Shown one piece after another: positions 21,983-33,000 of a DNA stretch of 64,000 nt (position 1 is its first letter; each line of letters starts with the position of its first letter). The DNA lies in contig OY781089.1 in assembly GCA_963676565.1 (NCBI GenBank), positions 1,280,001-1,344,000 of the forward strand, in the 5' to 3' direction. This stretch comes from Halarcobacter sp. (GTDB lineage: Bacteria; Campylobacterota; Campylobacteria; Campylobacterales; Arcobacteraceae). A program made the position numbers and the translations under genes. A model generated the notes under the pieces. It was not told the origin of the DNA. It made no database searches and worked only from the letters and a program-made list of their open reading frames with translations.

Positions 21983-24006
21983 CGCAATTTAATTTCTTTT
22001 TGAAATTATTGAAGGAATCTTTTAGAGATTTATTACCTATTATTATTGTAATCTTATTTTTTCAGCTTGCTATTATTCAAGCAGTTCCTGAAGGATGGGT
22101 TAGTACAGCGATTGGTTTAGGTATTGTTGGTGTTGGTTTAGCAATCTTTTTACAAGGTCTAGAAATAGGGGTATTTCCTGTTGGTGAAGGACTCGCTAGA
22201 GATTTTGCAAAACATGGAAACATGAAATGGGTATTGTTTTTTGGTTTTTTAATAGGTTTTGGTACAACCATTGCAGAACCTGCACTTGCAGTTATTGCTG
22301 ATAAAGCAGCATCAATTTCAAGTGGAAGAATTGATGCAACAGTTTTAAGACTAGTTGTTGCTGGTTCAGTTGGGTTTGCAATCTTTTTAGGGGTCTTTAG
22401 AATTTATAAAGGTCACCCAATTCACTATTATATTATTGCAGGATATATTGCTGTTGTAGGTGTAACATTTTTTGCACCGCAAGAGATTATTGGACTTGCA
22501 TATGACCTTGGCGGGGTTACAACTTCAACTGTAACTGTTCCGTTAGTTGCTGCACTTGGTATTGGTTTAGCTTCATCTATCAAAGGAAGAAATCCTGTCG
22601 TAGATGGCTTTGGACTTATTGCTTTTGCTTCATTAACTCCGATGATATTTGTGCAGATTTATGGAATAGCAGTTTATAATTTGGTTGAAGCAAAAGATGT
22701 TGCAGCTATCGCAATTGAAACAAGTGTTTCTGTTCCAACTGATATTACAATTAGTTCTATAATTACTGGAATTATAAATGTTGTAAAAGATGTTGCACCA
22801 ATTTTATTAATTATTCTATTTTTTCAATATGCAGTTATAAAGAAAAATATTGAAAAAATTAAAACTGTATTTTTTGGGTTTTTCTTAGTAGTTATTGGTC
22901 TTTATGCATTTATTCTTGGACTTGAAATGGGTCTATTTTCTCTTGGTGAGACTATGGCTTATCAACTTACAAAAAGAGACTCTGTATTTGTAATTTATGC
23001 TTTTGCTTTTGCAATTGGTTTTTCAACAACAATGGCTGAACCAGCATTAATGGCAATTGCTAAAAAAGCTAGAGAGATATCTGATGGTAAGATAAACGAT
23101 TTTGCCTTAAGAATCTTTGTTGCAGGTGGTGTTGCTATTGGTATTGCTTTAGGTGCTTTTAGAATTGTTGATGGTGGACATATCCATTACTATATCATTT
23201 TTGGATATATTTTAGTAATTGTTCTTACTTTTATTGCTCCAAAATATATAATTCCTATCGCATATGATAGTGGAGGGGTTACCACTTCAACAGTAACAGT
23301 TCCATTAGTTGCTGCACTTGGTATTGGACTTGCAACAAATATTGAAGGAAGAAGTCCTCTTATTGATGGTTTTGGACTTATTGCTTTTGCTTCATTATTT
23401 CCAATGATTACGGTTATGCTTTACGGTGTTATCACTGAGAAACTGGGAGTTAAATCTGATACTGAAATTGAAGCTCAAAATATCTTAAGAGATGCTCTTA
23501 TTGATGCAGAGAATATGGACTTAGCAACTGTAAATATTGATGGTAGTGATAGACGACATTCTTTACCAATGGACTTTTCAGCAGTTGTTATATTAGTTCC
23601 AAAAGAGAAAAAAATAGATGCAATTCAAGCTGCCAATAAAGCAGGAGCTCCAGGGGTTACTGTATTAAGAGCAGATGGAATAGGGCTTGGTAAAATAGAT
23701 AACTTTTATAGGTCTGGTTTTGAAGCAAATGATGTAATGTTATTATTCCTTTTACCTCAAAGTATGGTTAATCCTGTTATTAAATCGATTATTCATTCTT
23801 TACATATTACAACTACAGGAAAAGGTATTGCTTTTGCCTTCCCATTAACACATATGAAAGGGATTAGTTTAAGTAGACATGATATCTTTGTAAATAGAAA
23901 AGACCATAAGAATCTTGATAGTGAAGAGTTAATTAGACAAGAAGAGGAAAAATTAACAGAAAAGTTTAAAGAGACAGCAGTAGTTCATGAAGATATTAAC
24001 AAGTAA
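21979..24006 (+). CDS. Double DUF1538 membrane protein fused to a C-terminal P-II-like domain
   Basis: Two repeats of AEPAL...AYDxGGVTTSTVTVP...DGFGLIAFAS; C-terminal AGAPGVTVLRADGIG...GKGIAF. Confidence 0.85.
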   Translation: MTQFNFFLKLLKESFRDLLPIIIVILFFQLAIIQAVPEGWVSTAIGLGIVGVGLAIFLQGLEIGVFPVGEGLARDFAKHGNMKWVLFFGFLIGFGTTIAEPALAVIADKAASISSGRIDATVLRLVVAGSVGFAIFLGVFRIYKGHPIHYYIIAGYIAVVGVTFFAPQEIIGLAYDLGGVTTSTVTVPLVAALGIGLASSIKGRNPVVDGFGLIAFASLTPMIFVQIYGIAVYNLVEAKDVAAIAIETSVSVPTDITISSIITGIINVVKDVAPILLIILFFQYAVIKKNIEKIKTVFFGFFLVVIGLYAFILGLEMGLFSLGETMAYQLTKRDSVFVIYAFAFAIGFSTTMAEPALMAIAKKAREISDGKINDFALRIFVAGGVAIGIALGAFRIVDGGHIHYYIIFGYILVIVLTFIAPKYIIPIAYDSGGVTTSTVTVPLVAALGIGLATNIEGRSPLIDGFGLIAFASLFPMITVMLYGVITEKLGVKSDTEIEAQNILRDALIDAENMDLATVNIDGSDRRHSLPMDFSAVVILVPKEKKIDAIQAANKAGAPGVTVLRADGIGLGKIDNFYRSGFEANDVMLLFLLPQSMVNPVIKSIIHSLHITTTGKGIAFAFPLTHMKGISLSRHDIFVNRKDHKNLDSEELIRQEEEKLTEKFKETAVVHEDINK

Positions 24007-24316
24007 GGAAGAACTAGATAGGTATATAAGTGAAGAGGATGCTTTACTTGTATACTTTTCTGGCGTTGATTGTTCCGTTTGTAAGGTTTTAAAACCAAAA
24101 ATAGAATCTGAAATTTTAGAAAATTTTCCAAAGATTAAAACTTTTGAAGTTGAAGCTTCTAAGTATAAAGAGATAGCAAGCAATTTTTCGGTATTTTCTA
24201 TTCCAACAATCTTGGTTTTTTTTGATTCAAAAGAGTTTAAAAGGTATGGAAGAAATATCTCTATAATGCAATTTAAACAGGAATTAAAAAGACCATATAG
24301 CTTATTTATGGAATAG
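23987..24316 (+). CDS. Thioredoxin family protein
   Basis: CSVC active site, SIPT cis-Pro motif. Confidence 0.9.
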   Translation: MKILTSKEELDRYISEEDALLVYFSGVDCSVCKVLKPKIESEILENFPKIKTFEVEASKYKEIASNFSVFSIPTILVFFDSKEFKRYGRNISIMQFKQELKRPYSLFME

Positions 24317-24320
24317 GAAA

Positions 24321-24740
24321 ATGAAAAGAGCAATTTTAATAATTTTTTCAATATTAGTGTTTATGCAGTTTTTTCAAATAGATAAAGAAAATAAAGAGAT
24401 TGATAAAACTTTAGAGATAAAAGCTCCTGATAATATTATGGCAATGTTAAAAAATGCATGTTATGATTGTCATTCAAATCAAACAAAATGGCCATGGTAT
24501 TCAAATATAGCACCATTTTCATGGGCAATAAACACCCATGTAAAAGAGGGAAGAAAAGCCTTGAATCTTTCAACTTGGGAAGAGTACTCTCCTGAGGAAA
24601 AGAAAAAAAAGATGAAAGAAATATTTAGAACTGCATATGCTTCTATGCCTTTATCTTCATATATTAAGTTTCATGAAGAAGCAGATTTAACAAGAGAACA
24701 AAGAACACAAATCAGAGATTGGACTGGAGTAAAAAAATAA
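24321..24740 (+). CDS. Periplasmic haem-binding (cytochrome c-like) protein
   Basis: Signal/TM segment, ACYDCHSN...WPWYS. Confidence 0.9.
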   Translation: MKRAILIIFSILVFMQFFQIDKENKEIDKTLEIKAPDNIMAMLKNACYDCHSNQTKWPWYSNIAPFSWAINTHVKEGRKALNLSTWEEYSPEEKKKKMKEIFRTAYASMPLSSYIKFHEEADLTREQRTQIRDWTGVKK

Positions 24741-24741
24741 A

Positions 24742-27702
24742 TTGAGAGAAGAAGTTCAAGAACTATTAAATGATAAAAAAACCTTACTTACAATCACTTA
24801 TTTTAAACTTCAAAAACTTTTAGAAAAAAAGTATGGGAACAATGCAGTTGTTCTTATGGAGATAGGAACATTTTTTGAAGTTTATGAAGTAAATAATGAT
24901 GAGGAACAAGTAGGAAAAGCAAAAGAGATTGCAGAACTTCTAAACATCCAGTTAACAAGAAAAAATAAATCTATTTTAGAAAACTCACAAGAAAATCCTA
25001 TTATGGCTGGAGTTCCAGCAATTTCATTTGAGAAACATTTAGCAAGAATAATTGCCGAACAAAAATATACAGTTGCAATTGTTAGACAAAAGGGACTTCC
25101 TCCAAATGTTAGTAGATATTTAGATACAGTTGTAAGTCCTGGTACAAACTTTGATTTTGTAGTTGACCAAGATGAAAACAATATCACTTCTTTAGTAATT
25201 GACCAAATAAGAGGTATCTATTTAGTTGGTTATAGTGCCATTGATGTAACAACAGGAAAGTGTTATTATAATGAAATACATGGTACTAGTGAAGATAAAT
25301 TTTATGCACTTGATGAAGTATTTAATTATATGAATATGCATAAAACCAATGAAGTAGTAATAAGCTTTGCAGATAAAAATATAAATCAAAAAGAGGTTAT
25401 TGATTACCTTGAATTAAAACTAAAAACTTTTCATATAGGAACTTTTAGACCAAAGATAAACTATCAAAATGAACTTTTTAAAAATGTATTTAGAATAGAG
25501 TCTTTATTAACAGCAATTGAACATCTTGATATGGAAAGGGTTCCCTTAAGTACAGAATCATTAGCTATTTTAATTGATTTTGTTATTGGACACGATTCAA
25601 ATATTATTCAAAAACTTTCATACCCTCAAAAACTTGATGTAAGTAGATATATCTATTTAGGAAATAATGCCTTAGAGCAATTAAATATAATAGAAACAAC
25701 CCACAATCCAAGTTTAATTAAACTGATTAATAACACTTCAACAGCTATGGGGAAAAGGCTATTAAAAGAGAGATTAACCCATCCTGTTAAAGACTCTAAA
25801 GAGATACTTAGACGATATGCCCTTTCAAAAGAGCTTTTTGATTTCCATACTCCAATTGAAAACGAGTTAGCAAATATTTATGATATTGAAAGATTAACAA
25901 GAAGAATAAAGTTAAATAGGCTACACCCTTTTGAGTTAAACTATTTATATGATTCTCTATTAAGTATTAAAGAAGTAGTTTCTTTTATGGAAAACTATAA
26001 GTTTTTAACTCCACCTTGTAGTAGTTCTGAATTACAACTTTTTATTCAATCTATTGATTCAACATTTGATTTAGCAATTAGTGGAAAATATATGCTAAAA
26101 GATGTTGAAGGAAATATGGTTTGTGAAGGGATTAATACCCAAATTGATGAACTAAATAAAGAAAATGAAGAGCTTTATACAAAACTTGAACTTCTTCAAA
26201 ATCATATATTAGGATTTTTAAAAACAAAAGATCCAAACTATGTTGGAATAAATAGATTAGATAAAGAGGGTTTCTTTCTAACTCTAACAAAGAATAGATT
26301 TAATCTAGTAAAAGAGGAGTTATTAAACTCACATATTATTATTGATGATGAATTACATTTATTTAAAGATTTTAATATAAAAATTCAAACAAACAATGTA
26401 AAGATTTTTTCTAAAATTAGTGAAGATGTTTCTGACAAATATGTTCATAATTTACGAAAAATAGTTGAACTAAACAAATTAGTATTTAAAGAAAAGATTT
26501 CAGAATTTGAGAAAAAGTTTGCAACACTTTTAGAAGAGTTAGTTCAATTTATTGCAGAAATTGATTTAACAGTTTCAAATATAAAAACAGCCAAAAAGTT
26601 CAACTACACTTGCCCAAAAATTGTAAAAACAAAAGATGAAGAGAACTTTTTAGAGCTTATAGACTTAAGACACCCAATTATTGAAGCAAATGAAGAACAA
26701 GGTATTTATGTACCAAATGATATTATCTTAGGTGAACTTAGCCTTGCTTCTAAAGAGTATAAAGATAATGTAATAGTAAAAAACTCAAATCCAATTAATA
26801 TGTTTAATAATAAGATGCATGGAGTTTTACTTTATGGTATTAACTCTTCAGGTAAATCATCTCTTATGAAAGCAATTGGTATCTCTGTAATTCTTGCACA
26901 AGCAGGTTTTTATGTGCCAGCAAAATCTATGAGATTTTCAATTTTTGATGCAGTTTATACTAGAATTAGTGGAGCAGATAATATTGCAAAAGGTTTATCT
27001 TCTTTTGCTGTTGAGATGTTAGAACTTAAAAATATTTTTAATAGAGCAACTAAAAACTCACTTGTATTAGGTGATGAAATCTCTCATAGTACTGAAACTA
27101 TGAGTGGTCTTTCTATTGTAGCTAGTGCTATATTGAAATTGGCAAAATTAGAATCAATTTTTGTATTTGCAACACACCTACATCAATTACCAGAAATTGA
27201 AGAGATTCAAAAGCTTAAGAATATAATAGCTCTTCATTTATCGGTTATGTATAAAGATGAAGAGGATAAATTAATCTTTGATAGAAAGTTATCATATGGG
27301 AGTGGTTCATCTATGTATGGTTTAGAATATGCGAAATCACTTCATATGGATAGAGAGTTTTTATCTGTTGCCAATGATATTAGAAAAAGACTCACTGATG
27401 ATTATAATCCACTTGAAAGATTGTCTCAGAGAAAGACCTCTAAATATAACAAAGATGTTTTTGCTGCATCATGTGTGATTTGTGGTAAAGCTTGTGATGA
27501 TGTACACCACATAAAAGAACAAGCAAGAGCAAACAAAGATGGCTTTATAGGTCATGTAAATGCAAACCATAAATACAATCTAATCCCACTTTGTAAAAAA
27601 CATCATAAGATGGTTCATGATGGAACAATAAATGTAAATGGTTTTGTTGCAACTTCGACTGGTCTTGAACTTCACTATACTATGGTAGATGAAGATAAAT
27701 AA
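24742..27702 (+). CDS. MutS-family ATPase with C-terminal HNH domain (MutS7-type)
   Basis: GTFFEVY mismatch motif, GINSSGKS, LGDE, FATH; C-terminal CVICG...VHHIKEQ...NLIPLCKKHHKMVH. Confidence 0.92.
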   Translation: MREEVQELLNDKKTLLTITYFKLQKLLEKKYGNNAVVLMEIGTFFEVYEVNNDEEQVGKAKEIAELLNIQLTRKNKSILENSQENPIMAGVPAISFEKHLARIIAEQKYTVAIVRQKGLPPNVSRYLDTVVSPGTNFDFVVDQDENNITSLVIDQIRGIYLVGYSAIDVTTGKCYYNEIHGTSEDKFYALDEVFNYMNMHKTNEVVISFADKNINQKEVIDYLELKLKTFHIGTFRPKINYQNELFKNVFRIESLLTAIEHLDMERVPLSTESLAILIDFVIGHDSNIIQKLSYPQKLDVSRYIYLGNNALEQLNIIETTHNPSLIKLINNTSTAMGKRLLKERLTHPVKDSKEILRRYALSKELFDFHTPIENELANIYDIERLTRRIKLNRLHPFELNYLYDSLLSIKEVVSFMENYKFLTPPCSSSELQLFIQSIDSTFDLAISGKYMLKDVEGNMVCEGINTQIDELNKENEELYTKLELLQNHILGFLKTKDPNYVGINRLDKEGFFLTLTKNRFNLVKEELLNSHIIIDDELHLFKDFNIKIQTNNVKIFSKISEDVSDKYVHNLRKIVELNKLVFKEKISEFEKKFATLLEELVQFIAEIDLTVSNIKTAKKFNYTCPKIVKTKDEENFLELIDLRHPIIEANEEQGIYVPNDIILGELSLASKEYKDNVIVKNSNPINMFNNKMHGVLLYGINSSGKSSLMKAIGISVILAQAGFYVPAKSMRFSIFDAVYTRISGADNIAKGLSSFAVEMLELKNIFNRATKNSLVLGDEISHSTETMSGLSIVASAILKLAKLESIFVFATHLHQLPEIEEIQKLKNIIALHLSVMYKDEEDKLIFDRKLSYGSGSSMYGLEYAKSLHMDREFLSVANDIRKRLTDDYNPLERLSQRKTSKYNKDVFAASCVICGKACDDVHHIKEQARANKDGFIGHVNANHKYNLIPLCKKHHKMVHDGTINVNGFVATSTGLELHYTMVDEDK
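27591..27702 (+). repeat. Left 112-bp direct repeat (3' end of MutS-HNH gene)
   Basis: 102/112 identical to 33203-33314 by manual alignment. Confidence 0.95.
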
Positions 27703-27866
27703 TCAAATTACTAAATTTGTACATGAATGAGGCTCTTAGTAGCTATAATTTTTAGCTCAATTTATTTATAATAAAGTTATTACATTCTAATCAAAATACA
27801 GCTATTATAATAATTGAAACTTGTACTATGTTAGTAATAAAAATATAAACCGATTGTGAGTAATTT

Positions 27867-30020
27867 ATGAGAACTTGTAAATATTTTCAAGCTAAAGGGA
27901 TTGACTATAAAGGTCAATTACAAAAAATTCCTAAAGCTAGTGTAAAACTTCAACCTTTGTATGAGGCTTTAACAAATTCAATTGAAGCAATAAAACTTTT
28001 AAAAGAAAAAAATGATGAAGCAAAAATCATTTTAAGTTTTTTCTTTATTAATAATTTATTTGGAGATGATGATTCTCTTGAATTATCAAAAATAGAACTT
28101 TTAGATTATGGAGTTGGATTTAATGATAAAGAGTTTGAAAGATTTACACAACTACATGATAATACAAAAGGATTTCATAATCAAGGTTCAGGACGTATTC
28201 AATATATGCACTTTTTTGATGAAACAAAATTTGAAAGTGTATATCAAGATGATAGTTCAGAAACAGGCTTTTTAAAAAGAATCTTTTGGTTATCAAAAAA
28301 TGATACTTTTTTAATCAATAAAGCTATAGTTTGTTTTGATGATCCAATTGCTGAACAATCTAAAGAATCCTTTACAAAGATTACATTTAAAAAATTTTTA
28401 GAGGAAGAGGATGCAAAATACTATAGTTCATTTTCTGCTGAAGAGTTAAAAGAAAAACTAATAGAACACTATTTATACTATTTTTGTGAGAATAGAAAGA
28501 ATTTACCAAAAATAGAGATTAAAACCTTTGTAGATGAAAAAATAAAAGAGTCTGCTGAAATAACACTAGATGATATTCCTTCCGAAGATAAAAGTGATAA
28601 TATTGAAATAAACTATAAAAAGCTTACAAGTGACAAAAAATTAATTACTCTAGAAGATGAAACTGAGACTTTTCATATTAAAGCATTTAAACTAAATAAA
28701 GAAGTCCTGCCAAGTAATGATTTGAAACTAACAAGCAAAAAAGAAATTGTTAGAGGTAAACTTGCCAAAAAATTTGAATTAAATGTTTTAAAACCTACTG
28801 ACACAATTGATGACAACAGATATTTGTTTTTAGTTTCAAGTTCTTATATAGATAAAAGAGACTCTGACAACAGAGGTGACCTTAAACTTTATACAGATGA
28901 AGAATTTAAAGAGAACACTTCATTATTTATTGAAGATAAAATCATTTCCTTAAATGATATTCAATCAAATATTAACAATCATGTTTTAACACTTTATTCA
29001 GAAATACTAGAAAAAAAGAATGAACATAATACAGATATAGCTAAGTTACAAGAGATGTTTTTAATTGATGAGGATAATATTAAAAGTGTAAATATCAATG
29101 TTCAAGATACTGATGAGGAAATATTAAAAAAAGTATATAAACATAATGCAAAAAGAGCTGCTGAAAATGATGCCAAGCTAAAAGAGGAAATTGAAAAAAT
29201 TAATAGTGAATTAGATGAAATGAATCCATCAGATAATACTTATAGGGATGATTTAAGTAAGAAAGTCACTTTATTAGTTAAGAAGATACCTTTACAAAAT
29301 AAAAATGAACTTGCACATACTGTAGCTAAAAGAAAACTTGTACTAGATTTATTTGATAAGATTCTTGATAAGGAACTTAGTATTCAACAAGGTGATACAA
29401 GGAATATAGATGAAGAGCTTTTACACAACCTAATATTTAAGCAGTCATCAACTAATCCTGAAGAAAGTGACCTTTGGTTGGTTAATGAAGATTTTATATA
29501 CTTTAAGGGTACCTCTGAAAAGAAATTGAGTGATATTACAATTGATGGTGAAACAATTTTAAAGGATTATGATAGTTTAACTAAAGAGCAAAAAGACTTT
29601 AGAAATTCTTTAGAAGAAAATAGATATTCAAAAAAACCTGATATATTACTTTTCCCTGATGAAGGTAAATGTATTATTTTAGAGTTTAAAAATCCAAAAG
29701 TTAATATTTCTTCCCATTTACAGCAAATTCAAAACTATGCAACTTTGATATGGAATTTTTCAAAAGATAAATTTCAATTCAATACTTTCTATGGCTATTA
29801 CATTGGCGAGAAGATAAATAATTTAGATGTGAGAAGTAAATATCCAAGCTTTGTAGAGTCTTATCATTTTGATTATTTATTTAGACCAAGTGAAGTTGTT
29901 GCAGGGTTCTTTGGTAAAAGAGATGCAAATATCTATACTGAAGTTATAAAATACTCTACACTTTTAAAAAGAGCAAAACGAAGAAATGAACTTTTCATTG
30001 AAAAGTTAGGGATTAAATAA
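27867..30020 (+). CDS. GHKL (HATPase_c/MORC-like) ATPase fused to C-terminal PD-(D/E)XK nuclease
   Basis: LYEALTNSIEA (N-box), DYGVGF (G1), NQGSGR (G2), central coiled-coil-like region, KPDILLF...IILEFK. Confidence 0.8.
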   Translation: MRTCKYFQAKGIDYKGQLQKIPKASVKLQPLYEALTNSIEAIKLLKEKNDEAKIILSFFFINNLFGDDDSLELSKIELLDYGVGFNDKEFERFTQLHDNTKGFHNQGSGRIQYMHFFDETKFESVYQDDSSETGFLKRIFWLSKNDTFLINKAIVCFDDPIAEQSKESFTKITFKKFLEEEDAKYYSSFSAEELKEKLIEHYLYYFCENRKNLPKIEIKTFVDEKIKESAEITLDDIPSEDKSDNIEINYKKLTSDKKLITLEDETETFHIKAFKLNKEVLPSNDLKLTSKKEIVRGKLAKKFELNVLKPTDTIDDNRYLFLVSSSYIDKRDSDNRGDLKLYTDEEFKENTSLFIEDKIISLNDIQSNINNHVLTLYSEILEKKNEHNTDIAKLQEMFLIDEDNIKSVNINVQDTDEEILKKVYKHNAKRAAENDAKLKEEIEKINSELDEMNPSDNTYRDDLSKKVTLLVKKIPLQNKNELAHTVAKRKLVLDLFDKILDKELSIQQGDTRNIDEELLHNLIFKQSSTNPEESDLWLVNEDFIYFKGTSEKKLSDITIDGETILKDYDSLTKEQKDFRNSLEENRYSKKPDILLFPDEGKCIILEFKNPKVNISSHLQQIQNYATLIWNFSKDKFQFNTFYGYYIGEKINNLDVRSKYPSFVESYHFDYLFRPSEVVAGFFGKRDANIYTEVIKYSTLLKRAKRRNELFIEKLGIK

Positions 30021-30038
30021 AAAAGGAATGGAGATATA

Positions 30039-33000
30039 ATGTATTTAGAATCATTACAAGAAAAAGATTTATATCTTGCCTATAAAAAGACAAAATTTGA
30101 ATTATTTAATGATAATATATCTACTTCTACCGTTCAACTATTTGAATATGAAGAGAATTTAGAAGATAATATTGATAAATTATATAAGAACATAAAAGAA
30201 GAAGGATTGTTTAATATTTGTTCTTATAGTTATTATGAAATACCTAAATCATATAATGAGAAGCAATCAGAAATTCAAGATGAAGTCCATTTCTTTTCAA
30301 GTTCTCTTATTCACCATAAGGGAAATAAACAAAAAAACATAGAACTAAAATTTAGAAAAATAATTGATGCTAATATTAATTTTCATATAATATCTACATT
30401 ATGGATAGATAAAATAGGACAATACATAGATGAAAAGTTGTCTCATGATGTTTATGGTTCACGGTTAGTGAGAATTAAACCTGTAGATATTAGTTCCTGC
30501 GAATATGATTTGACAATGCAAAGTTATAATTTAGAAAGCCCAAGAATTTTTGAACCATATCAATACAAATATCAAAAATGGAGAAATAATAGTTTTAATA
30601 CAATTAGAGAATTACATAAGTCTTCTTCTGTAATTGCAGTTACTATGGATATAACATCTTTTTATCACCAGATTGATATTGAGGAGTTTATTTCAAAAGA
30701 GTTTTATGACAATTTTGGATTAAGTGATTTATTTGAAGATAATGATGAATTAAAAATTTTTCATGAAGATTTTATTGCATTATTAAAAAAATGGAATAGT
30801 TCAATAAATTCAGAGGATGGACTTCCTATTGGTATTTCAGCTTCTCCTATATTAGCAAATGCTGTAATGAAAGAATTTGATAACAATATTGAAAATAAGT
30901 TAAAACCCACTTATTATGGAAGATATGTTGATGACATTTTATTAGTCTTTCCTGATTCAGGTAACATCCGAAATGGTGAAGATGTTATAAGATATTTAAT
31001 ATCAAAAGACATAGTAAAAAGAGATATAAAAAAAGATCCTAATAGTATCTTTTATAAAAAGTTCACTTTCAAAAAAAATAAACAAAAGATTTTTTATTTA
31101 GATAGAAACTCTGATTTAAGTATTATAGATGCAATTGAAAGTGAAATTAATTCTATATCAAGTGAATGGCGATTTATGCCTGATTTAGTTGATGACAACT
31201 CAACTTTTCTACAGAAAATTATAGGATTTTATGCTGATGGGAATGAGTTTAATGATGCTTTGAGAAAAGTTGATTCTACCACTATTAAAAAGTTGGGATT
31301 GTCTTTATTAATTGGACATGCACATTCTTTAAATGAATATATATCTCCATCAGAATGGAAAAATAAAAGACATGAAATATATGATTTAATAGAAAACCAT
31401 ATATTTATTCCAAGTAATTTTTTTAATAATTATATGTTTATAAGTAGAATCTTTAAACTAATGATTCATAGTGGAGATGGAGAAAGGGCTTATTGCTTTT
31501 TAGAAAAGACTATATCTATTATTGATTCATTTAGAGAAATCTCTTCTAAAAATTGTATAGCTTCAAATGGTAAAGATGTTGAGTTTTATAGATTTGAAAA
31601 ATATCATTATTCTCTACTGCAACAAGTGTTTCTAGAAACTTGTAATATATTGTCTAATATCAAAAAAAGGCATCTTTTAAAGATAATTAATACTTTATTT
31701 AATCAAGAAGTCTTTTGCGATTATTCTAATGTACTGATAACTTTCTATAATAGGGTTATGACTAAAGAAGTTGATAAAGAAGGTTTAATAAGTTTTGATA
31801 ATTTACATATACCTGCAACTGAAATAAATGAAGACGTAATAAAAGAAATAAATGCCCATTTATTTTTTAGGGATTTAGCTTTTAACTCTTTTTCAAGTTC
31901 TTGTACAGAATATGTTCTTACAAAAAACAATTATAATTTACTAAAAATGAATAGAAAGTTTTTATATAATAGATATAAAGACAGTAACCTTGAAATTAAA
32001 CTTAGTGAAGAGGATACTTATTTACTAGTTATTGATAATTTTAAAGAAAAAATTATAGAGGGTCTTTCTAATAGTCCTTTTTTATTCCCGACAAGAGTTT
32101 TTTCTGCAAATGATATATCTATAGTAAGTTGTATGTCAGATGGGAATCAGAACTCATTATTAAAAGCTTATGTGAATTGTTTAAGAGGAAATCATAATAA
32201 TTATTTTACAGATTCTCCCTTAGATAATAACAATAAAGAAGTTCTAACAATACCATATAAGAAATTTAGTAAGAGCGACAATATAAATATTGCAATTACT
32301 AATTTTAAAGTGGATGAAAGCTTTTGGAAAAAATCAGTCATAAAAAAACCTGTTAAAAGTTTATCTAGATATTTACAATTAGAGAGAATTATAAAAGATG
32401 CAGTTAAAAAGAAACCTGACTATTTAATACTTCCAGAGTTATCTATACCACAAGAGTGGGCTTGGAGAATATCTAAAAAATTACTATCTAATGGCATATC
32501 TTTGATTACAGGGGTAGAATATATTCACTCAGAAGTAAATTCTCAGAAATATGTTCATAATCCAATAATGATGTTCTTAATTTCAGATGATATTGGATTT
32601 AAGTATATGAAATATTTTAGACAAGACAAACAAGTTGGTGCACATGGAGAATCATTTGAATTAAAAAAGATTGCAAATATTGAACTTATTGCAGATAAGC
32701 TATATAAAAAGAAATATATTTATTCTCATGGTGATTTTTTCTTCTCATGTTTAATTTGTAATGAGTTAACAGATATTGAAAATAGAATGAGACTTAGAGG
32801 TAATATTGATACTCTATTTATAGTAGAATGGAACAAAGATATAAAATCTTTTAATTCATTAGTAGAGTCGGCTTCATTAGATATTCATTCGTATATAGTA
32901 CAAGTTAATAATAGAAAATATGGAGATAGTAGAATAAGAGCACCTTTTAAAGATGATTTTAAAAGAGATATTGTACAAGTCAAGGGTGGAAAGCATGACT

